Positions 1 through 13,050 of a DNA stretch of 64,000 nucleotides are shown here, in pieces. Within the stretch, counting starts at the first letter, position 1. Every line of letters begins with the position of its first letter. This stretch comes from Flectonema sp. DT1601. Taxonomy: Eukaryota. The notes beneath the pieces were generated by a model, which was not told the DNA's origin, searched no databases, and saw only the letters and a program-made list of their open reading frames with translations. The stretch is from positions 496,001 through 560,000 of the forward strand of contig OZ025783.1 in NCBI GenBank assembly GCA_964019425.1, read 5' to 3'. A program made the position numbers and the translations under genes.

Positions 1-252
1 TCCATCCGCCTTGCACCAGCATAACAGTGATATTGGCTTCTTCAAATCGACAAAGGACTTCTTCAGTTATCTGCCCCCTAAACTGGGCATATACTGCGAG
101 GCCAGGGTGATCCGATTGGAGTGTTTTTTAGTTAGTTTAGATCCGATTGGAGCGTTTCTTAATAAAGTATGGGATTATTGCTCCAGAAACCTTGACCGAG
201 CTGATAGGAGTTCTGCTTCAGGCGCTACTTTCGCAGTGGTTCCAAGACGGTA
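1..252 (-). mobile_element. Fragment of pogo-like (DDE_1) transposon
   Basis: Near-identical to ~38814-39064 inside the TIR-bounded pogo-like element. Truncated at ~252, where S-family inner sequence begins. Confidence 0.8.
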
Positions 253-343
253 TCCACGGTCCTAGTCAAGACCTTAAACTGACTAATCGGTCTTAACTTT
301 AACTAAGTGAATGAACCCTTTCCGTTTTCCTTTTCCCTTTATT

Positions 344-3300
344 AGGTTGAATTTCCAGGTGAGATTTGGACTGTTAGCTTTTGGCTAAGGCCCTCCCTGA
401 AGAGCAAGAACAAAAAAACTACTCACACCTGAAGAAAACATACACAAAGAACACACTGTAAGCTGTGTGTGTATTTTGTGTTTGTCACAACAGGAGAGAA
501 AAGAAAGAATGTCAAGGTTGGTCACCTTGCCTATCAACGCACAACATTGGTGGTCTCTACTAGACCCTGAGTGATCCCACTGGATCTCTCATCGTTCATA
601 GTACCCTGTGTGAGAGTTGAGTTTACCAGGTGAGATTTGGACTGTTAGCTTTTGGCTAAGGCCCTCCCTGAAGAGCAAGAACAAAAAAACTACTCACACC
701 TGAAGAAAACATACACAAAGAACACACTGTAAGCTGTGTGTGTATTTTGTGTTTGTCACAACAGGAGAGAAAAGAAAGAATGTCAAGGTTGGTCACCTTG
801 CCTATCAACGCACAACATTGGTGGTCTCTACTAGACCCTGAGTGATCCCACTGGATCTCTCATCGTTCATAGTACCCTGTGTGAAGTTATAAAATCAAAG
901 GTAAACTATGAACTACAAATGACTTAGCCTGTTATTATAATGCCACAGGCAGGCCCTGCATTCAGCAACTATCCAGCAGTGCTTGGATGTCCTGATCTTC
1001 TTCTAAAAAAAAGAAAGAAAAACAAAACTGTAGCTGGGATCACTCAGGATCAACAGACTACCAATGCTACCTGTTGTACTTGCTCACTATGGGGGGTGAT
1101 GCCAAACACCCAGAAGTACTAAACTACTTTCCTTCTTGCTGCCCAGGAGTTTCTGACCAGAACTAATAGAAAATAAAAAGTAGATGGGAAACAATAAAAA
1201 GTAAAATGGATATAACTGAAGTTAAACAAGACAAATGAAGTAACAGACCAGAACAGAAAGAGAATTGTAATAGAAGATTACAAATAAGAAAATGCAAGTA
1301 TCAACACATAATCAAGATACACCAGCAGCTAACAAACAACATAAAATTGAAGATCAGTTGCCAGAGTATTTCAACCATGGTAGAATACTCGCCCCTCTGG
1401 CAGGGATTATCCCAGACTTGTCCTTTAATTTAGTTGGACACCATGGCTTACAACCCTTCCAGAGGGAAGCACCATTATGACTTCTATTTTTTTTCTTCAA
1501 GAAAATCATAAGGTGGGAACAAAGAAAAATGCTAAGAGGAACCCCTTATTAACACCTAAGACATCTAAACTGCAGCCCAGCTTATGCCCAATGCACTAAC
1601 AGGTCATTCCCTCACACTCAGATCAAAAAAATCAAAGTTCAGAGTGCATCTTAGCATGAATGAGAGAATTTCCTCCCGCTTTTTTTGAACAAAAGGGATA
1701 GGAGAAGGGATAGAAAACGAACATAACAATAAGATTCTAAGTGAGAAACACTTAGCAAAAATACTTAGCAGCTTTTAAGGAGCTGAAAAGCAAAAAAAAA
1801 AATCTAAGTGAGAAACACTTAGTAGAAACACTTTGTAGCTAATTGAGCTGAAAATAAAAAAATAAAAAAAATTTCTAAGTGAGAGATACTTAGCAACTTT
1901 TAGAACAAATATTTCAGTAAATAACCTGTTGAAATGGTAGTTAATGTAACCATTACAGGTTTGATGCCAATACTGACAAAGACTGAGTTGAGCCCACTGA
2001 GTGATCCCACTGGATCTCTCATCGTTCATAGTACCCTGTGTGAGAGTTGAGTTTACCAGGTGAGATTTGGACTGTTAGCTTTTGGCTAAGGCCCTCCCTG
2101 AAGAGCAAGAACAAAAAAACTACTCACACCTGAAGAAAACATACACAAAGAACACACTGTAAGCTGTGTGTGTATTTTGTGTTTGTCACAACAGGAGAGA
2201 AAAGAAAGAATGTCAAGGTTGGTCACCTTGCCTATCAACGCACAACATTGGTGGTCTCTACTAGACCCTGAGTGATCCCACTGGATCTCTCATCGTTCAT
2301 AGTACCCTGTGTGAAGTTATAAAATCAAAGGTAAACTATGAACTACAAATGACTTAGCCTGTTATTATAATGCCACAGGCAGGCCCTGCATTCAGCAACT
2401 ATCCAGCAGTGCTTGAATGTCCTGATCTTCTTCTAAAAAAAAGAAAGAAAAACAAAACTGTAGCTGGGATCACTCAGGATCAACAGACTACCAATGCTAC
2501 CTGTTGTACTTGCTCACTATGGGGGGTGATGCCAAACACCCAGAAGTACTAAACTGCTTTCCTTCTTGCTGCCCAGGGGTTTCTGACCAGAACTAATAGA
2601 AAATAAAAACAGATGGGAAACAATAAAAAGTAAAATGAATATAACTGAAGTTAAACAAGAATGTTGGTCCTAGACAAGACCTTAAACTGACTAACCGGTC
2701 TTAATTTTAACTAAGTGTTAACCTAGTTTCCTAGTTTCTAATATGAAATCTTTTTCTTTTTTTTTCTTTTTGAACAAAATGTAATTATTAGTGTAAAAAA
2801 ATGAAGAAACAGACCAGAACAGATAGAGAATAAAAAAGAAAAGATAATTGCAAGAGTTATTGTAGTAAAAGATTACAAATAAAAAAAAATGCAAGTATCA
2901 ACACATGATCGAGATACACCAGCAGCTAACAAACAACATAAAATTGAAGATCAGTTGCCAGAGTATTTCAACCATGGTAGAATACTCGCCCCTCTGGCAG
3001 GGATTATCCCAGACTTGTCCTTTAATTTAGTTGGACACCATGGCTTACAACCCTTCCAGAGGGAAGCACCATTATGACTTCTATTTTTTTTCTTCAAGAA
3101 AATCATAAGGTGGGAACAAAGAAAAATGCTAAGAGGAACCCCCTATTAACACCTAAGACATCTAAACTGCAGCCCAGCCTATGCCCAATGCACTAACAGG
3201 TCATTCCCTCACACTCAGATCAAAAAATCAAAGTTCAGAGTGCATCTTAGCGTGAATGAGAGAATTTCCTCCCGCTTATTTTGAACAAAAGGGATAGGAG

Positions 3301-3652
3301 AAGGGATAGAAAACGAACATAAAAATAAAATTCTAAGTGAGAAACACTTAGCAGAAACACTTAGCAGCTTTTAAGGAGCTGAAAAGCAAAAAAAAAAACT
3401 AAGTGAGAAACACTTAGTAGAAACAATTTGTAGCTAATTAAGCTGAAAATAAAAAAATAAAAAATTTCTAAGTGAGAAATACTTAGCAACTTTTAGAACA
3501 AATATTTCAGTAAATAACCTGTAATGATTAAACCATTACAAGTTTGATGCCAAAACTGACAAAGACTGAGTTGAATTTCCAGGTGAGATTTGGACTGTTA
3601 GCTTTTGGCTAAGGCCCTCCCTGAAGAGCAAGAACAAAAAAACTACTCACAC
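344..3652 (-). repeat. Family A tandem array (~1.4-1.5 kb units with a ~270-bp terminally repeated segment), left part
   Basis: The segment gagttga..ccaggtgagatttggactg...catagtaccctgtgt recurs at 344, 614, 2044 and 3568 (the last cut at 3652). Unit bodies are near-identical. Strand is inferred from the terminal stem-loop. Confidence 0.9.
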
Positions 3653-4253
3653 TTTTTTTGATAAAGTGGGAAGTAACGGACTGGGAGCTTTTGGCTCCTG
3701 CCCTATTCCCGATGTAAACTTTCTTTTTTATTTTTTATTTTTTTTAACAGGCCCAAAGGGCGACAATGATGGTTGCTGACCAAGGAATAATATTCAAATG
3801 AATTTTCGTTTCAAAGAAACGAACAGAATTAAGAGAGAGGCAGAGAAAAAAAAGAAAAAAAAGAAAGAAAAGAAAAAAGAAAAAAAATATGAAGAGGAAA
3901 TAATCAAACATGAAAAAAAAAAAAAAAAATATATATAAATAAAAAAACGTTGTATGAAAAAGGAAAAAAAAAAAAAAATAAAGACCAGAAAAGGAAAGAG
4001 AAAATGAAAAGGTATAATATTATTGTGGGGATATGAGGGATAGCAGGGAGATGCTCTTTTTTTTTTTTTTTTTTATTTTTTTTTTTTTTTTATTTATTAT
4101 TTAAAAAAAAAGGAAACAATCAGTTTAGCGTCTCGATCAGGACGGAAAATAGAAATTAATCGACATAGTCGATCGATAGAAAAAAAAACAATGATAACAT
4201 TGTTTATTCTTTTTTTTTTTTTTTTTTTTTTTTAAACCCTTTTAATTATTTTA

Positions 4254-5985
4254 GGAAAATTCTCCGTTGCTACCCCAAAACTTTATTTTTCTCCGTTGTA
4301 GTCCACCTAAAAGAATTTTTCTCCGTTGTGTTTTTTTTTCTTTTTTTTTTTCGCTGTTGTGTGCCACCTAAACTTTTTTTTCGCTGTTGTGTGCCACCTA
4401 TATTTTTTTTTCGCTATTGTGTGCCACCTGTACTTTTTTTTCGCTGTTGTGTGTCACCTGACCTTTTCCCCTTTTTTTTTTTTTTTTTTTTTTTTTTCTC
4501 GTTTTTTTTTTTTTTTTTTCGGAAGATTTTTTTTTTTTTTTGTGCACCTGTCGACCTGGTTAGTTAGATACACTCATCTGATGGATTGATTGAAAGCTAA
4601 TAACACAAACGGTTAAGGATGTGATGGCTTGGGAAATGATAAAAGTAATCTTCTCTCTGGAACTTCTGCTCAGTACATGCAAATGCATCTTGACACGCGG
4701 GAACCCTTCGGGCAGTACTGCGCTCTTGATAATTCAAAGTAGCCTTAAAAAAGCTCTCATGCTTGCATGAGTTAGATACCCTGATAACCCGGTCAGAAAC
4801 AGGAGTGTCGCTTGCGACCAGGCTGTCTGTAACTCGCAGGTGTCTTGACTTTGAAATTCGGTTGGAATGACGTGTAAGAGGACAACAGTTCTCTGTAAGG
4901 TGACCCAGCCCTGCACACATACCGTTCTTTGCATACACTCAGTAAAACTTCCAGAGGCTGAGAACACTATCAGGACCTGACGAACAACCCAACCTATCCG
5001 TGAGTATTTGTCTTTGCTAATCTCGTCAAGCCGGATGAACATCATACAAACGTTATCTCAACATCCGTGTGCGGGTGTTATCTTCCTCATCTCGGTTTAG
5101 CCCTGCACCATCTGCGGAACTGGTAGCCTACGATGCTTCAGTAAAACGTTCAGGTTCCTAACCACAAACGTTTTTCTCTCTAGGCTTTTACTCTTTTACT
5201 ACGGACTCTCGCTTAAAGAGATTAAGAAAATCTCCAAGTGCGTAGCTGACTATGTGCACATATGAAAAAAGTTGGAGGAATTGCTAGTTTGTTGGGTTAT
5301 ATTCGTAGCAGCTTCACGGTGACGGCGGCCTTACCGAGAATTATCCCTGGTTATTACGTGTTGAAAGTCACAGGTTATAGTGTCAAAATAATACTCGCGT
5401 GGGTAGTTGCTCTCTTCGGAGAGCATAACTTCAGACCCGTCAATTCGCGGCGCTTATATTTACGCACATCAATTAGTTGAACGAGTTCAAGTCACTTCCC
5501 TGCATAGCAGATCCGTGTCCTCTGTACTAACGCTATACTAAGTGTGACTGTGACTGATACACGTAATGGTTGGGTTCTTTAAGTACTCAGGACTGGTTGC
5601 TTGCTAATGTGAATGCTGACGTTCGAATTCTCCGACTTTCAAGTAAATTTAGGTGAATGATCTCTTGTTTTCTGTCTGACGCTTGTGATGCACCTCTTGT
5701 ATTCTAAGTCACAGGTGTATGAGTAATACTTGGTAAGAGGAGCCCCAGGTCCAACAAGAGGAGCCACATGTTTTGTGCATTTTGGTGCCAGGTGGTCATA
5801 ACCCATTTTTTTTTTTTTTTTCCCCGAGAAAAAAAAAAAGTGCTGGTACCCAACAGCGAAAAAAAAAAAAGAGTTGTTCACAACAGCGAAAAAACTTTTT
5901 GGGTGCAGGCAACGGAGAAAAAAAAGTTAAGGTGACAGGCAACGGAGAAAAAACTTTTTTTTATGTAGGCAACGGAGAATTCTCC
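4254..5985. mobile_element. MULE/Mutator-like non-autonomous DNA transposon with subterminal tandem repeats
   Basis: TIRs gga(a/g)aattctccgttgc. 9-bp TSD attatttta (4245-4253 and 5986-5994). Subterminal ~30-bp repeats ttttcgctgttgtgtgccacc. Internal ORFs are broken. Confidence 0.8.
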
Positions 5986-6326
5986 ATTATTTTAAAGAAA
6001 AAACTTCCGTTTAGCGTCTTGACCAGGACAGAAAATAGAAAGTAATCGACATAGTCGATCGATAAAAAAAAAAAACAATGATAACATTGTTTATTCTTTT
6101 TTTTTTTTTTTTTTTTTTTAACTTTTTATTAATTTCTTAAAGAAAAAACAATCAGTTTAGCGTCCTGACCAGGACGGAAAATAGAAAGTAATCGACATAG
6201 TCGATCGATAAAAAAAACAATGATAACATTGTTTATTCTTTTTTTTTATTTTAAAAAATATAAATAAAAAAACAATGATAACATTGTTTATTCTTTTTTT
6301 TTATTTTAGAAAACGAATTAGAACAA

Positions 6327-7529
6327 ATGAAAGAACGAATTTTTTATGTTCTATTTTTATTTTACTTTAATGCGATGTCAGCCTCCCTCGAGAAAGACAA
6401 GCAGTTACTAAACGGATTACCTGTTGAGATCAAAGCTACCAACCAGGATCCATCCTCACTTCCTCCTGCGCCCCCTGTTTTAATTATTGAAAAAGATAGA
6501 AAAGAATATGAACTTCTGGAAGGAGTAATTCAACGGTTAACAGTAGAACGCGATGAATCGAAGACTTCTCTTTCCGCACTAGTTCGTCAATATGACTTAG
6601 TGGAAGATTACAGGAAACGTGAGCTCGCAAATCTGACTCAGAAAGCAGACCTATCGGAAATGGCGCTTTTCAATTACCATCAAAGGTTTGTTCTTCTGTC
6701 GAACGAATTGGAGACCAAATGTAATGAGGAAAGAGAAAGTAAAATAAGACTTTTCTATACTCAACAGGAGGTCGAGAGTTTGCGTGCCGCACGTCCCCAC
6801 ATGACCCACTTTAGTCAACAAGTTTCCCCCCGATCCCCTATTTTGTATGAATCTGTTGCTATGATGAAGATAGCAAAGAGCTACCTCTCGCTCTTTACAA
6901 CTACGAGTAGTCTTTTTACTCCTCTTATTAAACCCCTTATCCCTACCCTTAATTATATCACCCCTCTTTGTCCTCTAGCCTCAATTCCTCCGACAATGCC
7001 GCAGAGTGAAGCTCTCGACCGCACGCCGACCAAGATTTTACGACAAGAGAGTCACGTTATCTCCGTTAAAGAGAATACACCTATTGCGAGACAATGGTCC
7101 GAGGGTAGGATTGACTTACTCGAGAACTACTGTCGAGCAGTAGATGACTCTCTCGAAACAAACGAGAAAGCGGCAGAGCTCTCAGAACAACTTTTGGATG
7201 CCCAACTTCGCCTATCGGAGCTGAATCACCAACGGTGTACAACTCACGCAGAGCAGCTTGAGCAATCCATGATGTTAACGGGACTGGCGAGCGATTTAAA
7301 TGTTCAACTCGCCTTGGCACGGTCTCAAATTGCGGCCCTGAAGTTCCAATTAGCTTCATGGGCAGAAGGTTTGAGTCCGCCAGACACAGAAGAACATGAG
7401 GAAATTGAAACTCCGCCGAGAAAGTCTGAGCGTTCAACTCTGAAAAAACGGACCCCTCCATCAAGATATCGTTATAATCGAAGGAGATGTTCTGCTGATG
7501 ACGTTCACGGTGACTCCACCCCCTTGTAA
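6327..7529 (+). CDS. Uncharacterised predicted coiled-coil protein (start may be ATG ~6375, MSASLEK)
   Basis: Uninterrupted 400-codon ORF in decayed AT-rich surroundings. It has two E/L/Q/R-rich heptad-like regions, a Pro/Thr linker and a basic C-terminal tail. Confidence 0.6.
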   Translation: MKERIFYVLFLFYFNAMSASLEKDKQLLNGLPVEIKATNQDPSSLPPAPPVLIIEKDRKEYELLEGVIQRLTVERDESKTSLSALVRQYDLVEDYRKRELANLTQKADLSEMALFNYHQRFVLLSNELETKCNEERESKIRLFYTQQEVESLRAARPHMTHFSQQVSPRSPILYESVAMMKIAKSYLSLFTTTSSLFTPLIKPLIPTLNYITPLCPLASIPPTMPQSEALDRTPTKILRQESHVISVKENTPIARQWSEGRIDLLENYCRAVDDSLETNEKAAELSEQLLDAQLRLSELNHQRCTTHAEQLEQSMMLTGLASDLNVQLALARSQIAALKFQLASWAEGLSPPDTEEHEEIETPPRKSERSTLKKRTPPSRYRYNRRRCSADDVHGDSTPL

Positions 7530-8017
7530 TTCTCTTTTTCCTTACTTTCACATCACTTTGTTTATTTAGTTTATTAGCTTATTTATTATTTATTGTTCGT
7601 TTTGTTTGTAATATTTTGTCGATATGTTTATGTCCGTCAGATCATAACGTTAATCAGGTTAATTGTTAATTGTTAATTATAAATGGTCTAAACCCCAATC
7701 CAAGTTCCCAAGGCTTGGCATAGATTTGAGTGACGCCTTACTGGCCTCCTCATCCTCTATGAGTGGTGAGGGGGCCAGCAATGGTTTTTTTCTTTTTTTC
7801 TCTTATCTCTTTTTTTTCTTTTTCTTTTACTCTAATATGAAATATTTTTGAACAAAATGTGATTATTAATTTAAAAAAAAAAAAAAAAAATAATGTAAAT
7901 GAATAATAAAAAAAAAAAAAAAAAACATGCCTTGGGAATACAACCAAAGCCCCAATTAATCGGTCCTTTCTTTTTTCCTTCTTGTCAAGTGATCGCTCCA
8001 CTCGTCGATCACCAAAA

Positions 8018-8440
8018 CCGATTGTATTTATATCTGTTCTTTTCTCAACGATCGGCTATACCGATCATTTTTTTTTAAAATAATTGTTTTCTTCTTCTCG
8101 ACGATCAGATCCAATTGATCGACCTTTTTTTTTTTTTTTTTTTTTTTTCCTTTATTCTTTCCATCCCTCCCGCTCCCCTTATTTTAATAAAAACAAGATC
8201 AGCTCAGCTTGATCGTTAATCTTTTTTTTTTTTTTTTTTTAAATTTAAACTGATTGTATTTATATCTGGTTATTTTTTCTCAACGATCGGCTATGCCGAT
8301 CGACCTTTAAAATAATTGTCTTCTTCTTCTCGACGATCAGATCCAATTGATCGACCTTTTCTTTTTTTTTCCTTTATTCCTCCCATCCCTCCCGCTCCCC
8401 TTATTTTAATAAAAACAAGATCAGCTCAGCTTGATCGTTA
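8018..8440 (+). repeat. Two tandem ~200-bp units of the S inner region
   Basis: gattgtatttatatctg...gatcagatccaattgatcgacc...gatcagctcagcttgatcgtta occurs twice. A reverse copy lies at ~13720-14010. Confidence 0.8.
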
Positions 8441-9628
8441 TTTTTTTTTTTTTTTTTGTTGGTCCTAGTCAAGACCTTAAACTGACTAATCGGTCTTAAC
8501 TTTAACTAAGTGAATGAACCCTTCCCGTTTTCCTTTTCCCTTTATTACTCTCTATCTGGTCTGTTATGTCATAAATCTCATTTAATTTTATCATTCATTT
8601 TAATTTTCACTGTTTCCCATCTACATTTTATTTTCAAATAGTTCCGGTCTGTCTTTAATGTTAAATAAAACTGATCATGTTAACTCAATTTTTTTTTATG
8701 TGCAAGAGATACCAACACGCAAGAGATACCAACGCACATACGAGATACCAGCACTTCCGAGATACCGACACACAAGAGATACCAAGACACTTAAGATACC
8801 AGCAAGGACAATGAGAGGTAGAATGAACTCTCCTCCTTGTGTCCGATCCTGATTATTTTTTGTTGAATTGGTAGTGTTACCTCAGTTTGCGACTCTCGTA
8901 TCTGTGTTGTGTTAACTCATGTAAGTGATCTTAACTCCTGTTAAAAAATAAATAAAAAGAATTTAAAATAAAAAAAAAAAAAAAGAATAAACAATGTTAT
9001 CATTGTTTTTTTTATCGTTCGACTTTGTCGACTAATTTCTATTTTCAGTTTTTTTCTTTAAAAAATAAATAAAAAGAACTTAAAATAAAAAAAAGAATAA
9101 ACAATGTTATCATTGTTTTCTTATCGATCGACTATGTCGATTACTTTCTATTTTCCGTCCTGGTCAAGACGCTAAACTGATTGTTTTTTTTTTTTTTTTT
9201 CAAAATTAATAAAAAAGAATAAAAAAAAAAAAAAAATAAAAAAAAGAATAAACAATGTTATCATTGTTTTTTTTTCATCGTTCGACTTTGTCGACTAATT
9301 TCTATTTTCCGTTTTTTTTTTCTTTAAAAAATAAATAAAAAGAATTTAAAATAAAAAAAAAGAATAAACAATGTTATCATTGTTTTTTTATCGATCGACT
9401 ATGTCGATCACTTTCTATTTTCCGTCCTGGTCAAGACGATAAACTGATTGTTTTTTTTTTATAAATAAAAAGAAATAAAAAAAAAAAAAAAGAATAAACA
9501 ATGTTATCATTGTTTTTTTATCGTACGATTTTTTCCTTTTTCATACAACGTTTTTTATTTATATTTTATTTTTTTTTTTTTATTTTTTTCATGTTTGATT
9601 ATTTCCTCTTCATATTTTTTTTTTTTTT

Positions 9629-9660
<32 letters not shown>

Positions 9661-9849
9661 CTCTGCCTCTCTCTTAATTCTGTTCGTTTCTTTGAAACGA
9701 AAATTCATTTGAATATTATTCCTTGGTCAGCAACAGTCATTGTCGCCCTCTGGGCCTGTTAAAAAAAAAAAAATAAAAAGAAAGTTTACATCGGGAATAG
9801 GGCAGGAGCCAAAAGCTCCCAGTCCGTTACTTCCCACTCTATCGAATTC

Positions 9850-10426
9850 GTTTATTCCTTTTTTTTTTTTTTTTTTTTATTTATCTTTTTATTTATTTTT
9901 TAAAGAAAAAAATAATCAGTTTAGCGTCTTGACCAGGACGGAAAATAGAAATTAGTCGACAAAGTCGATCGATAAGAAACAATGATAACATTGTTTATTC
10001 ATTTTTTTTTTTTTTTTATATTCTTTTTATTAATTTTTAAAAAAAAAAAAAAAACAATCAGTTTAGCGTCTTGACCAGGACGGAAAGTAGACAGTAATCG
10101 ACAAAGTCGATCGATAAAAAAAACAATGATAACATTGTTTATTTCTTTTTTTTTTTTTTTTTTTTATATCTTTTATTTATTTTTTAAAAGAATAAACAAT
10201 CAGTTTAGGGTCTTGACCAGGACGGAAAATAGAAATTAGTCGACAAAGTCGATCGATAAGAAACAGTGATAACATTGTTTATTCATTTTTTTTTTTTTTT
10301 TTTTTATTCTTTTTATTTATTTTTTAAAGAAAAAAATATTCAGTTTAGCGTCTTGACCAGGACGGAAAATAGAAATTAGTCGACAAAGTCGATCGATAAA
10401 AAAAAACAATGATAACATTGTTTATT

Positions 10427-10462
<36 letters not shown>

Positions 10463-11086
10463 TCTTTTATTTATTTTTAAAGAAAAAACAATCAGTTTAG
10501 CGTCTTGACCAGGACGGAAAATAGAAATTAGTCGACAAAGTCGATCGATAAGAAACAATGATAACATTGTTTATTCTTTTTTTTTTATTTTTTTTTTTAT
10601 ATTCTTTTTATTTATTTTTAAAAAAAAACAATCAGTTTAGCATCTTGACCAGGACGGAAAATAGAAAGTAATCGACATAGTCGATCGATAAAAAAAACAA
10701 TGATAACATTGTTTATTCTTTTTTTTTTTTTTTTTTTTTTAAATTCTTTTTATTTATTTTTTAAAGAAAAAGAAAACGGAAAATAGAAATTAGTCGACAG
10801 AGTCGATCGATAAAAAAACAATGATAACATTGTTTATTCTTTTTTTTATTTTTTTTTTTATTCTTTTAATTATTTTTAGAAAAACAATCAGTTTAGCGTC
10901 TTGACCAGGACGGAAAATAGAAATTAGTCGACAAAGTCGATCGATAAGAAACAATGATAACATTGTTTATTCTTTTTTTTTTATTTTTTTTTTTAAATTC
11001 TTTTTATTTATTTTTTAAAGAAAAAGAAAACGGAAAATAGAAATTAGTCGACAGAGTCGATCGATAAAAAAACAATGATAACATTG

Positions 11087-11117
<31 letters not shown>

Positions 11118-12003
11118 CTTTTTATTTATTTTTTAAAGAAAAAGAAAACGGAAAATAGAAATTAGTCGACAGAGTCGATCGATAAAAAAACAATGATAAC
11201 ATTGTTTATTCTTTTTTTTATTTATTTTTTTATTCTTTTTATTTATTTTTAGAAAAACAATCAGTTTAGCGTCTTGACCAGGACGGAAAATAGAAATTAA
11301 TCGACATAGTCGATCGATAAAAAAAAACAATGATAACATTGTTTATTCTTTTTTTTTTTTTTTTTTTTTAAATTCTTTTTATTTATTTTTTAAAGAAAAA
11401 GAAAACGGAAAATAGAAATTAGTCGACAGAGTCGATCGATAAAAAAACAATGATAACATTGTTTATTCTTTTTTTTTATTTTTTTTTTTATTCTTTTTAT
11501 TTATTTTTAGAAAAACAATCAGTTTAGCGTCTTGACCAGGACGGAAAATAGAAATTAATCGACATAGTCGATCGATAAAAAAAAACAATGATAACATTGT
11601 TTATTCTTTTTTTTTTTTTTTTTTTTTTTAAATTCTTTTTATTTATTTTTTAAAGAAAAAGAAAACGGAAAATAGAAATTAGTCGACAGAGTCGATCGAT
11701 AAAAAAACAATGATAACATTGTTTATTCTTTTTTTTAATTTTTTTTTTATTCTTTTTATTTATTTTTAGAAAAACAATCAGTTTAGCGTCTTGACCAGGA
11801 CGGAAAATAGAAAGTAATCGACATAGTCGATCGATAAAAAAAACAATGATAACATTGTTTATTCCCTTTTTTTTTTTTTTTTTTTTTTTTATTCTTTTTA
11901 ATTATTTTTAGAAAAAACAATCAGTTTAGCGTCTTGACCAGGACGGAAAATAGAAATTAGTCGACAAAGTCGATCGATAAAAACAATGATAACATAGTTT
12001 ATT

Positions 12004-12036
<33 letters not shown>

Positions 12037-12534
12037 TTTTTTTTAATTTATTTTTAAAGAAGAAACAATCAATCTAGCGTCTTGACCAGGACGGAAAATA
12101 GAAAGTAATCGACATAGTCGATCGATAAAAAAACAATGATAACATTGTTTATTCTTTTTTTTTTTTTTTTTAAATTCTTTTTTATTTATTTTTAAAGAAA
12201 AAAACGGAAAATAGAAATTAGTCGACAAGGTCGAACGATAAAAAAAACAATGATAACATTGTTTAATCTTTTTTTTTTATTTTTTTTTTATTTTTTTTTT
12301 ATATTCTTTTTTATTAATTTTGAAAAAAACAATCAGTTTAGCGTCTTGACCAGGACGGAAAATAGAAAGTAATCGACATAGTCGATCGATAAAAAAAACA
12401 ATGATAACATTGTTTATTCTTTTTTTTTTTTTTTTTTAAATTCTTTTTATTTATTTTTTAAAGAAAAAAAAGAAAATAGAAATTAGTCGACAGAGTCGAT
12501 CGATAAAAAAAAACAATGATAACATTGTTTATTC

Positions 12535-12565
<31 letters not shown>

Positions 12566-13050
12566 TTCTTTTTTATTAATTTTGAAAAAAAAAACAATCA
12601 GTTTAGCGTCTTGACCAGGACGGAAAATAGAAAGTGATCGACATAGTCGATCGATAAAAAAACAATGATAACATTGTTTATTCTTTTTTTTTTAAATTCT
12701 TTTTATTTATTTTTAAAGAAAAAAAACGGAAAATAGAAATTAGTCGACAAAGTCGAACGATAGAAAAAATAATGATAACATTGTTTATTCTTTTTTTTTT
12801 TTATTTTTTTTTTTATATTCTTTTTTATTAATTTTGAAAAAAACAATCAGTTTAGCGTCTTGACCAGGACGGAAAATAGAAAGTAATCGACATAGTCGAT
12901 CGATAAAAAAACAATGATAACATTGTTTAATCTTTTTTTTTTTTTTTTTTAAATTCTTTTTATTTATTTTTTAAAGAAAAAAAACGGAAAATAGAAATTA
13001 GTCGACAGAGTCGATCGATAAAAAAAAACAATGATAACATTGTTTGATCT
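9850..13050 (-). repeat. S satellite array (alternating ~100-140 bp monomers)
   Basis: Reverse complement of the aaacaatgttatcattgttt / atcgactatgtcgat / cgtcctggtcaagacg units, separated by variable poly-A/T. Confidence 0.95.

Larger units (their letters stand above)
6305..9849 (+). mobile_element. Family S copy nested in opposite orientation in another S copy; carries a 400-aa ORF
   Basis: Order is ORF - duplicated ~200-bp block - inner segment - short satellite - terminal unit ending ctctatcgaattc at 9849. The minus-oriented satellite resumes at 9850. Left boundary is approximate. Confidence 0.7.

Noticed and set aside
566..612. Hammerhead ribozyme in the family A terminal segment or in the satellite
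   Set aside because: ctgagtga resembles CUGANGA but no correctly placed GAAA and three-stem core was found on either strand by eye.
940..3077. Repeated short ORFs MPQAGPAF... and MQVSTH...
   Set aside because: They recur only because the DNA is repeated, have no recognisable motifs, and lie opposite the inferred sense strand.
3653..9849. Foldback transposon with multi-kb TIRs
   Set aside because: The inverted arrangement is better explained by a plus-strand S copy nested in a minus-strand S copy that continues to 14010, where family A resumes.
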